A stretch of DNA of 64,000 nucleotides from contig NC_068996.1 in the NCBI RefSeq assembly GCF_001194135.2, forward strand, positions 55,427,931 to 55,491,930, given 5' to 3'. Below, piece by piece: positions 27,505 to 39,125 of the stretch. The notes below the pieces were generated by a model. That model was not told the origin of the DNA. It did not search any database and saw only the letters and a list, made by a program, of their open reading frames with translations. The translations under genes and the position numbers were made by a program. How positions within the stretch are numbered: position 1 is the first letter of the stretch; every line of letters begins with the position of its first letter. The stretch comes from Octopus bimaculoides (Eukaryota).

Positions 27505-27745
27505 TGTGGTATGACATCAGTGACTGGGGAGCTGACCGGAAGGGCGAGTTGACCGGAAGAGAAGGAAGGGCAGAGGGAGCCTCGATCTGGGTTGTTGTCA
27601 GGAGAGGACGTGCTAAGCGACGGTCTGGGTTTGGGAGAAGCAGCTGCTATTCCTAGTGTTCTTCGGGTCGGGGCAAGACAGACTCGCAGTCGAAGAAGGA
27701 AAACCGAGGTAAGGCGATTACATCTACTTGCACGCATACACCACA
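27505..27745. mobile_element. Putative solo LTR (241 bp)
   Basis: Begins TGTGGT, ends ACCACA (6-bp inverted termini, TG..CA). Flanked by a perfect 5-bp duplication TAAAC (27500-27504, 27746-27750). GC/CpG-rich relative to its flanks. Confidence 0.75.
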
Positions 27746-27864
27746 TAAACCTCTGAAAGTAATACACAAGCATGACCATACTCCAGTAAAGGAGGCCAGA
27801 AAATGGAAAATAAAAGATTAAAGAATAATCTAAAGTTTTGCTTATTTTATTTCTTTTATAAGTT

Positions 27865-30480
27865 GTGATTGTTTGTGAAAGATGCACAGGACCCATAAAA
27901 ACTACAGAGACTCAGGAAATTGATTCTCTCAAATACCCTGGTGGCTCATTAGAGGTAGTAGATAATTTCTGTAACCTAGGGGAACAAATTAGTAGTGGGG
28001 GAGGATGCACAGAGAGTGTGATAACTAGAATAAGAATAGGATGGAAGAAATTCAGAAAGCTGTTACCTCTGTTGGCCACGAAAAGTTTCTCCAAGTGAAA
28101 GAAGGATTTGTATGATGCATGTATACAGACAGAATGTAGAGGACATGCAAAGGTTATAAAGGAAAGAAGCTAGTATGCTTTGCTGGATGTGTATTGTAAG
28201 TGTACATGTTCGGCAGAGTGCTAGTGTTTTGAGAGAGAAGTTGGACATGAGAGGAATTAGATGCAGTGTGCAAAAGAAAAGACTGCACTCGTTTGGTCAT
28301 GTGATGTGGATGGGTGCTGTCAGCTCCATAAAGAAATGCCAATCTCTCAAAATAAATGGAACACATGGAAGACGGGGACCCAGAAAGACAAAGACACAGA
28401 AAGCAAAATACTGAAAGACAACCACAGGATACTGAACCTTTCAGACAAGATGACAAAGGACCAAGAAGCCTGGTACCTTGCTGTACTCAAGAATCTCATA
28501 CTCCACAGCAGAAGTGTTAAAGTCAGTTCCCCTGGCGAAGCGGATTGGCCTGCAAGTACCTGGTGCCATTGTAAAAAGCACTAGTGCTGGTGCCACATGA
28601 AAGCGCCCATGCTGGTGCCACAAAAGCACTCATGCAGGTGCCATATAAAAGCACTCATACTGGTGCCACATGAAAGCACTCATGCTGGTGTCACATGAAA
28701 GCACCAGTGCTGGTGCCACACGAAAGCACCAATGCTGGTGCCACATAAAATCATCTGTGCTGGTGCCATATAAAAGCACTCGTACTGGTGCCACATGAAA
28801 GCACTCATGCTGGAGTCACATGAAAACACCAGTGCTGGTGCCACATGAAAGTGCCCATGCTGGTGCCATAAAGCACTCATGCAGGTGCCATATAAAAGCA
28901 CTCGTACTGGTGCCACATGATAGCACTCATGCTGGTGTTACATGAAAGCACCAGTGCTGGTGCCACATGAAAGCATCTGTGCTGGTGCCACAAAAGCACT
29001 CATGCAGGTGCCATATAAAAGCACTCATGCAGGTGCCACATGAAAGCACCCATTCTGGTGTCACATGAAAGCACCAGTGCTGGTGCCACATGAAAGCACC
29101 CATGCTGGTGCCACATGAAAGCATCTGTGCTGGTGCCACAAAAGCACTCATGCAGGTGCCATATAAAAGCACTCGTACTGGTGCCACATGAAAGCGCCCA
29201 TGCTGGTGCCACATGAAAGCATCCGTGCTGGTGCCACAAAAGCACTCATGCAGGTGCCATATAAAAGCACTCGTACTGGTGCCACATGAAAGCGTCCATG
29301 CTGGTGCCACATGAAAGCGCTCATGCTGGTCCCACAAAAGCACTCATGCAGGTGCCATATAAAAGCACTCATACTGGTGCCACATGAAAGCACTCATGCT
29401 GGTGTCACATGAAAGCACTAGTGCTGGTGCCACATGAAAGCGCCCATGCTGGTGCCACATGAAATCAACTGTGCTGGTGCTACAAAAGCACTCATGCAGG
29501 TGCCATATAAAAGCACTCGTACTGGTGCCACATGAAAGCACTCACGCTGGTGTCACATGAAAGCGCCCATGCTGGTGCCACATGAAAGCATCTGTGCTGG
29601 TGCCACAAAAGCACTCATGCAGGTGCCACAAAAGCACTCGTACTGGTGTCACTTGAAAGCACCAGTGCTGGTGCCACATGAAAGCGTCTGTGCTGGTGCC
29701 ACAAAAGCACTCATGCAGGTGCCATATAAAAGCACGCATACTGGTGCCACATGAAAGCGCCAGTGCTGGTGCCNNNNNNNNNNCACTCATGCAGGTGCCA
29801 TATAAAAGCACGCATACTGGTGCCACATGAAAGCGCCAGTGCTGGTGCCACATGAAAGCGCCCGTGCTGGTGCCACAAAAGCACTCGTACTGGTGCCACA
29901 TGAAAGCACTCATGCTGGTGTCACTTGAAAGCACCAGTGCTGGTGCCACAAAAGCACTCATGCAGGTGCCATATAAAAGCACGCATACTGGTGCCACATG
30001 AAAGCACTTATGCTGGTGCCACACGGAAGCATTCATGCTGGAGTCACATGAAAGCGCTCATGCTGGAGTCACATGAAGTCGCTTGTGATGGCACCACATG
30101 AAAGCGCTCGTGCTGGCACCACATGAAAGCGCTCGTGCTGGAGTCACATGAAAGCACTCATGCTGGAGTCACATGAAATCGCTCGTGCTGGTGCCACATG
30201 AAAGCGCCCGTGCTGGCACCACATGAAAGCACTCGTGCAGGTGCTACATAAAAGCACTCGTGAAGGTGCCACATAAAAGCTTTCATTTAGTGTCACATAA
30301 AAGCATCCAGAATATTCTGTAAAGTGGTTGGTGTTAGGAAGGGCATCCAGTCATAGAAACCATGCCAAATCAGACTGGTGTCTGATGCAGCTCCCCAGCT
30401 TGTCAGCTCTGGTCAAACTGTCCAACCCATGCCAGCATGGAAAACAGATGTTAAATGATGATGATGATGATGATGATGAA
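27865..30480 (+). mobile_element. 5'-truncated RTE LINE with an expanded minisatellite in its 3' UTR and a (GAT)n tail
   Basis: ORF pieces SLEVVDNFCNLGEQISSGGGC..RIRIGWKKFRKLLPLL and LREKLDMRGIRC..RLHSFGHVM..GRRGP, then the array, then aggaagggcatccag..aacccatgccagcatggaaaacagatgttaaa(tga)n. Confidence 0.85.
28561..30305 (+). repeat. 23-25 bp minisatellite, roughly 70 units, with higher-order repeat structure
   Basis: Monomer gcactcatgctggtgccacatgaaa with recurring ordered variants. Short gap at ~29774-29783. Confidence 0.97.
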
Positions 30481-33400
30481 GGCCATTATTAAAAACAACC
30501 AAAATAAGGGTATTTACCTTCAGGTTGTTGAGTCACCTCAACTTTTGAAAAGGCTGAGTAAAGACAGAGAACCCATTGTTATAACAAATTAGATTGGAAA
30601 GGTCAAATGTATCAAGATTATCCAAGAGAATAGAATTGGTAAATAACGTTTTATTTATCAAACTATAAAAAATATCAAATATATTGAAGATTTTAATTTG
30701 TTTGTTGGATGTTTTTGCTGTTATTTTTTTGCGTGAAAAAGTTAAGAATATTTAGTTTGAGTGAAAAGGTCAGTTTTAAGTGTGCTTTTATAAGCAGGAA
30801 AAAATGGTTAAAAGTAGAATATAAAGAGAGACAGAGAATTATATAATAAACCTATTTAATTCACAACAGCACAGATCTGATGTAATTTCTGTACATATGA
30901 ATTAAGAAACTTTTGTCTTCAGTTAAGATCATTTTGGAAAACCATTGCAGATGTAGAATTAGCAGTGACGAAGAACAAATGAACTTTGGGTTAATTAAAA
31001 TACGTTTGTCAAATTTTAACTTCTAAAGGCAGTTGCTGAGAAGAAGAAAAATTCTCTCTTATGGTAAAAAGTGTAAAAAGACCATATCTGCCCAGTGCTT
31101 CCCCCTTGTTGATTCCCAAATGTGTTTCTAGTTATTTAGCTTCTTCAATGGTGTATACCAAAGAGAGATAACCTTGAGCAGATTCAAAGCTATAGTTTTA
31201 ACTAAAAAAACAGTTAATATCAGTGACTGACTTGTGCTTGTGAACTGCCAGTTCAGGATACATATAGCAACATCAGCACAAAGCAATGATGAAAAATAAA
31301 TGGATTTTAGGTTAGTTAAAATATATTTGTGGTAATGTGATAATGGCTAAAGAGCTAGAAATGCATCTGGGAATCTGTCAGAGGGAAGCACTGGACAGAT
31401 ATGATGTTTTTACACCTTTTTACCATAAGAGAGAATATTTTCTCCACTGTAACTGCAGTGAATTTGCCATTAGAAGTTGAAACATGTCACAAACATGTTT
31501 TAACTAACCTAAAGTTCATATCTCACTGTCTCTCTTTCTATCTATCTATCTATATCCGTCTATCCTGTCTGTCCATCTATCTATCTGACTGCCTGTCTAT
31601 CTATTCTTCTATCTATCCATCCATCCATCTGTCTATCCATCCATATCTATCTATCTATCATTCTCTCTCTCTCTCTCTATCCATCCATCCGTCTATCTCT
31701 CCCTATCTATCCACCTACCTACCTACCTTTCCGTCTGTCTGTCTGTCTATCTATCCATCCATCCATCCGCCCGTCTGTCTGTCTATATATATATATATGA
31801 AGCAAAGCTATCAATTATCTCACANNNNNNNNNNTTCACTTTTTAACACTGTAAACAGGAAGTTGGTTTAGTTTCATTTTAAATGGGCTGGGAAAGGAGA
31901 GAGAGAGGAGGGGGGGGGAGAGAGGTATGAAAGAGAGGAAGAAAACACAAAGTGTATGCATGTGAGAATACAAGTGCCCACCCAATGTGAAAACATACCC
32001 TAACACCAGGCAATATATTCAGGATGGCTTACAAAGCCCAGAGTAAAATTTACAAAAAGGATTGATTAAAAGACAGAAAATGGTTAACGCAGGGTTTGGG
32101 AAAAAATGGTCAGGAATAACTTTGAAGGATTATATGGTTACCAAGGGATTGGATAAACATTAAATATTCCAACTTTATCAATATAATGTAACTGAGTTCC
32201 TATTGTTCCTTTCCAATTTTGATCTTATTTTACTTCAATCACTGGACTGTGGCCATGCTGGGGCACCACCTTCAAGGGTTTAGTCAAACAAATTGATCCT
32301 GGTACTTATTTTACCATTTTAAACCCAATTCTTTTTTGTTGAACTGCTAAGTTATGCAAACAGACCATAACTGATTATCAAGCATTGAGGACCACACTCA
32401 CAAATGGACAAAATCTCTTTAAATATTTCTTATTAAAAAAGAATGATGGGGAGAGGGGCCAATAAGTCATAGATGATTCTATGGGGGATGGGGTCAATAA
32501 CATACATACAAATTTTGCCAATCATTTGGTTAAGGCAACAGTTCTTAAAATTCAAGATGAAACATTACAAAAGCAAGGAAACAAAAGAAAAGCCTAGATG
32601 AAGAAGCTTAGAAGTACGGAACCAAAACCACACATGAAATGGTAAGAAGATTTGCAAATTGCAAAGACATTAAAGAAAAGAAGAAACGGCTGCAGTGAGC
32701 TTTCTTTTTTTTGATAAAAAAAAATGGATCAGAAAAGATACAGAGACTCATTCAGGAAAAGAAAATTAATGAATTTGAATACAAATAGAAACAATGCCTG
32801 TGTCACATGAATACACCTGAGCTGTCGTCACAAATATGTACATGTGCTGGTGCCACGTAAAAATGCATGTCATACTCTGCAAAGTGGTTGGTTTTAGGGA
32901 GAGAATCCAAATGTAGAAACCATGCCAAAATAAGCAAATAGAGCCTGGTACCAGCTCCTGTCAAACCATCCAACTCATGCCAGCACGGAAAATGGATGTT
33001 AAATTATGAAAATGATGATCATGTTGGAAAGATGGATTTAAAATTTTGAAAATGCAGTGAAAAGACAAAGGATAAAAGAAAGTTTTTGAAGCAACAGAAA
33101 AATAAATCCCAAGTCTAATTTACGTGACAATAGCCAGGTGATACAACTACCTGTTACCAGAGTGTGGCAGCCAACTAGCTTTAAGATAGCATGTTAGTGC
33201 TAACATACATATACACACATATATGCATGCATACACACTCACACAGTGTCAAAATGCTATCTTTAAGACAGCATGTTAGTCCTACACATACATGCACACA
33301 CACATATTCACACAAACATAAATACATGCATACACACACACACACACACACATACAGTGCCAAAATGCTATCTTTAAGATAACGTGTTAGTGCTACACAC

Positions 33401-33708
33401 ACTTCCAGAGCATCCGTTTGTTTGTGAGATTAAGAATCAGAAGCTGAAAGTTCCTCCCCAAAGTTTGAACATGGGAAAAGGGTTTTTCCTACATTTTTTC
33501 TTGTCTGGAAAGTAGCCATCCCTGCAAGTCTCCGCTAACCATATTACTGATACAGGCATGGTTGTGTAATAGGAAACTTGCTTCCCAGTCACATGATTCT
33601 GAGTTCAGTCCTGCTGTGTGGCACCTTAGGCAAGTGTTTTCTCGTATAGCCTTATGCTGACCAAAGCCTTCTGAGTAGATTTGGTAGATGGAAATTGAAA
33701 GAAGCCTG

Positions 33709-33758
<50 letters not shown>

Positions 33759-34151
33759 CCCATCATTATCATACACACACACATGTGACATGGTGAATTG
33801 GATTAGATGAAGTATTAAAGTGTTGGATTAGATACCATGTGATATCTATTCCAGCTCTTTGGGTTCTGTAACAACACTGGCACCTTACTTGTATCAGCTG
33901 TGAAGTGGTTGGCATTTGGAAGTACAGCCAACTGTAGAAACCATGCCAAAACTGACCTTGCCTGTGCTGGTGCCACATAGAAAGCACTCAGCCCACTCTG
34001 CAGGACGGTTGGCATTTAGTTGTAAAGGCCGTGCCAAAACAAACATACAAGTCTGGTACAGTCTTCAGCCTGACAACCACCTGACAAACTGTCCAATTGA
34101 TGCCAGCATGGAAAGCAGACATTAAATGATGATGATGGTGATGATGGTGAT

Positions 34152-34221
<70 letters not shown>

Positions 34222-35139
34222 TGTGTGTGTGTGTGTGTGCGTGTGTGTGTGTGTCCCCTTGTGTCTGTGTTTGTTCCCTACCACCACATGTCAACTGGTG
34301 TTGGTGTGTTTATGTCCCTGCATCTTAGTGGGTTAGCAACAGAGACCAGCAGAATAAGAACCAAGCTCCAAAAAGAAATATGGTACTGAGGTCAATTCAT
34401 TTGACTAAAAAAAAAAAAAAAATTCAAGGTGGTGCTCCAGCAGGGCCAGTCTAATGACTGAAACAAGACAGAAATAAAAGAAAATTTCCAAGCGAAAGAC
34501 AATGGCTGACGCAAGTAAGGCACCAGTGTTGTTAGAGAACCCAAAGACCTGGAATAGCTATCGCATGGTATCTAATCCAACACTTTAATACCTTATCTAA
34601 TCCAATCCACTATCCCACGCGTGCGCGCGTGTGTGTGTGTGTGTGTATTCTATGTAACTGGTATTAGACTTAGGAAGGAAGCCAGTGCAGTAATTCATGG
34701 AGATGGAAGATTCTTCAGCATGTTATTTGGTAGAAACATGTCAGACATAGATTAAAGCTGAGAGCAAAGAAAAAAAGAATCTCAGCAAAAAATAATTGCA
34801 GCATGTTTTTGGAGTGGTTACAGCTGCATTCAGTTTGGTGCAGAGGCTGCATGGATGACAGGTGAGATGTGGAGTGGGGGTGGTATGGGGTGGGGGGTAA
34901 ACACATGGCTGTGTGGGTCTAAAGAATCCAGGCATTTCCTGTCGGCATCAATGCTACTTGGTATTGCTGGTAGGAGAGATGCTGGGGGATGCAAACAGTT
35001 GTGGTCTCCAGTGAACACTTGATAGAGGGAGTGTCTAGCAGCGCAAGTTGTGTGTAATCATTTACACAAACATACACATAAAACATGGATGTTAAATGAT
35101 GATAATGAATACATGTGCAGAAATATTTTTAAATACATA

Positions 35140-35562
35140 GGCGTAGGAGTGGCTGTGTGGTCAGTAGCTTGCTTACCAACCACATGGTTCCGAGTTCAGT
35201 CCCACTGCATGGCACCTTGGGCAAGTGTCTTCTACTATAGCCTCGGGCCGACCAAAGCCTTGTGAGTGGATTTGGTAGACGGAAACTGAAAGAAGCCCGT
35301 CGTATATATGTATATATATATGTGTGTGTGTGTGTGTTTTTGTCCCCCACACTGACGTTGGTGTGTTTATGTCCCCGTAACTTAGCGGTTCGGCAAAAGA
35401 GACCGATAGAATAAGTACTAGGCTTACAAAGAATAAGTCCTGGGGTCGATTTGCTCGACNNNNNNNNNNTTACAAAGAATAAGTCCTGGGGTCGATTTGC
35501 TCGACTAAAGGCGGTGCTCCAGCATGGCCGCAGTCAAATGACTGAAACAAGTAAAAGAGTAC
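35140..35562 (+). mobile_element. Family B tRNA-derived SINE (young copy)
   Basis: ggcgtaggagtggctgtgtgg..ggttccgagttcagtccc..gaaacaagtaaaagag, with CpGs retained. Confidence 0.88.
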
Positions 35563-36004
35563 ATACATACAAATATATATAACTCACTGCTGGCATGGTT
35601 AAGAAGTTTAATTCTCAACCACATGGTTCCGGGTTCAGTCCTATTGCATGACACCTAGGGAAAATGTCTATAGACCAGGGCTGACCAAAGCTTTGTAAGA
35701 GGATTTGGTAGAAGGAAACTGAAAGGAGCCCCTCAAGTAAATATACTTGTGTGTATGAGTGTCTGTATGCATCTGTGGGTATGTGTGTGTTTTCTTGTTG
35801 CTTAAGAACAAGAAGCAGGGATCCCACCTAAGTTTTGTGCACCAAATTCTACTTGCATGGAATTGGCCAATTATATAATAAGACACGTTAACAGAAGGCG
35901 ATATACAATGGGATCCAACCAAAACAGAATGACTGCCAAGTAAACTACAAATCCCACACCCTGGGTCCACTTTCCCAGAGAATGGTGAGAAATAACCTGG
36001 AATA

Positions 36005-36322
36005 AACACGTGAAAAGTCATTCGAGCGAGATCATTGCCAGTGCTGCCGGACTGGCTCCTGTGCAGGTGGCACGTAAAATACACCATTTTGAACGTGGCC
36101 GTTGGCCGTACCGCCTGACTGGCCCTTGTGCCGGTGGCACATAAAAGCACCCACTACACTCTCGGAGTGGTTGGCATTAGGAAGGGCATCCAGCTGTAGA
36201 AACTCTGCCAAATCAGATTGGAGCCTGGTGCGACCATCTAGTTCACCAGTCCTCAGTCAAATCGTCCAACCCATGCTAGCATGGAAAGTGGACGTTAAAC
36301 AATGATGATGATGATGATGATG
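36005..36322 (+). mobile_element. Family A retroposon copy
   Basis: Same modules and (GAT)n tail as the other family A copies. It is the last family A copy I found in the window. Confidence 0.85.
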
Positions 36323-37514
36323 AACCACATCCAGACCAAACAATAATGCAATGTTTTCTCAATTCTTAACTGAAACCAGCTCCCTTCACCTACATCACAT
36401 TTCACATCCTTGCTGACCCCTAATAACAGAGCCTTTGTAGTTGGAGTGGCAAGTGTACAGGGAAAGAAATAAACATATTTCTTAGCTTTGACAAAGGTCA
36501 ATTTACACATGAGTATGAAGTAAAGTTGATCAAATTGGTTAAAATTTATTATTGGTATTCATTTCACTGTTAAGTCTTAGAGTTCAAACTTAGAGAGAGA
36601 GAGGGAGGGCGCATGAGAAGCAGAATAAAGGAACACAGAGATTTGTGTGTAAAAGTACTCAGTTTGTTGCAAAAGTGCATTGAGTGTCTTGTACTAAAAA
36701 TTAAGATACCATGTTCTCTAGATAATCCTTGCATAAATTAATTTTTCTGCTGGGTTTTCTAAGAAAATTCCAAGACATTTGATTTTTTTTTTTTTTTTTT
36801 ACAAAAGTTTACTTTTACTTTGTCAAATCCTGCAGTGTGAAATATAGTCTGTGGGAATACTGATACCATGATGTACTTTTAGTTTTTCATTCAAGAGAAA
36901 GCTAACCTTTACCCCTGAATGGTTGCTAGTTTACCAAAGAAAAAAAAAGATCTTACTTAAATCACATCAAACAACATACAGTCTTAAAATAGTGAGACAT
37001 GGGATAGTCTAAACTGAGAAACTGAGCTCAGTTTATTCCATGACTCCAGACATGATGGTCAAAGCTGGAACCCTGTGATCAAATGTCTGTTCAATCTGTG
37101 CTGACTTAGGATTAAGACAACGATTTAGAACTTTCCAACCACAACCGAATCATCTTAAAAAGAAAAGGGACAGTTTGGCTAATGTAGTAAAAGATATATT
37201 ATATCTGAACCAGAAGGCATGTCACTCACGGTTGGAACGTCTTTGATTGCAAGTCTACTGGATCAGAACTGAGCTGGCCATAAACAACTCCCATTCCAGC
37301 TATCTCTTTCTATAATCAACCTGTTTACCATATTAAAGACCTGTGAGTCGTACAACCAAATTACAGGCTTCCATTTTATGGTTGAAACCAATAAATTGAT
37401 AGCGTTCCCTGGGGACATCGTCCACGTCCCATTTCTTTCGAGCATTCCATCTTAAGGCAATTAATGATTATATATATATATAAACATGCACAGCACGTGT
37501 GTGCGTATACATAC

Positions 37515-37596
<82 letters not shown>

Positions 37597-38308
37597 TATA
37601 TACGTGTGTGTGTGTTATAGTTATAATTTTATTATATATATATATATATTTGTATTTATTGTTTACAAGTGAAAAGAGAGAAATGGTCATTTCGTTGAAC
37701 GGAATTTTACTCTGAGTGGGGTCAGGTCGGGTGAGTCGAGGAAATCTCTCTCTCACACACACAAGAAAATTATAGTCACAGTTCTGTCTTGGAAATAATT
37801 AACGATACCGGAAATGAATGCCCTATTTCATTTAGATGCCATAAATAATGGTTAAATTATATTTTATTTAAAGTCACTTATTATTGCATTACACACAATG
37901 ATAACACAATTCATATACTGATACCTCTATAAAAAAATAACCGTTCTCTTGCGATATCCCCACCCCTTAATTCTTCATTGTATCTCGTATCAAAGACTAA
38001 CTTATCTAATCCCAAATCTCCCACCTTCCTCTACTGCATAAGGTTTCATGAACGGGTGTGAAAACAGGGGTACAGATACAAAAGCATATATGAGCAACTG
38101 GGCACACGGTTATATAAACATACACATGCTACCCAGAAATTAATTTTAATTTTGTTTGTTTCCTAGAAAGGAAAAAAAAAAGCTAAAACAAATTTGATGA
38201 AAAACCTGAACCGGGAGCTGGAGTTTATTTCCAGACGGATGTATATCTAAATAATGGTTCTAAAACTAATGCTAGTGCGTATATGTCAATATATTTACAC
38301 ACACATAC

Positions 38309-38359
<51 letters not shown>

Positions 38360-39088
38360 ATGAATTGCCATTATATTTGTCTACCCCGACTGAGAAGCAG
38401 GTGTTGCTAATACGTTCGCATTCGGTTCCAACCGAATTCAGTTTCCCATCCGACAAGATTAAAAAAATATTCTTTCGCATATTGTATCAAATGCATTATT
38501 AAACGTTATAGATTTTTAAATACGCAACTGTTGTAAATTTTCCTAACCAAACAAGAAACAATGTAAGAAAAAGGTATTTTCTCGAAAGACAAATAAAAAA
38601 TATATATATAATGTGTGTGTGTGTATATTTGTCTATATATCTGCATGAAAGTGTGTAAAACACGCACATGCACTATAGGCGCGCGCGTGTATCTGTGACA
38701 ACCTGTGTTTATAGCGTGCAACTTTCACTTTAGCAAAATACGTATATACACGCTTCTCTTTGTGTATATGTGTACGCACACAGCTTTAATAATTGCCAAA
38801 ACAGTTCAATAGGTACAGAGGCAAATAAAAAGGCATTTCGAAATCGAATTATTATTTTTGTTATTGTAGACATGTGCAAGACAGATAAAAGGTGGAAGTC
38901 ACTCAAAATGAATGCAAGGAACCAGTTAGTGGCCAAAGAACCATTCCTAGTTACTTTTGAATAACAAAATAACAACAAACAAAATAACTGAGGAATTACA
39001 GTTAAAAAATAGACGTAATAAAACAGAATTACTTAATTATTCGTTTTAATTTAAAAATTTCGTTTTTTTATCTTACATGCGATAGTGC

Positions 39089-39125
<37 letters not shown>

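Noticed and set aside
27465-27896. 143-aa minus-strand ORF and the GTAAGG donor as a host exon
   Set aside because: It overlaps the TSD-bounded LTR-like insert and antisense RTE sequence. No recognisable protein.
28561-30305. CRISPR-like array
   Set aside because: Units are contiguous variants of one monomer with no unique spacers. There are no cas genes and the context is eukaryotic. The ORFs over it (e.g. 29542-30036) are repeat translations.
33179-33400. Repeat-spacer pattern as CRISPR
   Set aside because: Spacers are low-complexity CA/TA tracts, repeats are imperfect, and there are only three.
35140-35215. tRNA genes at SINE heads
   Set aside because: A/B-box-like motifs are present but there is no full cloverleaf, and they continue into SINE bodies.
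35424-35505. Direct duplication around a short gap
   Set aside because: Identical sequence on both sides of the Ns indicates an unmerged contig overlap. The same applies near 29730-29840.
37329-37450. Candidate minus-strand exon ([27 protein letters not shown] or [14 protein letters not shown] frames)
   Set aside because: The acceptor is weak and no homologue is recognised. The strong GTGAGT donor at 37224-37229 lies in a dispersed repeat also seen at 1-80 and 40020-40085.
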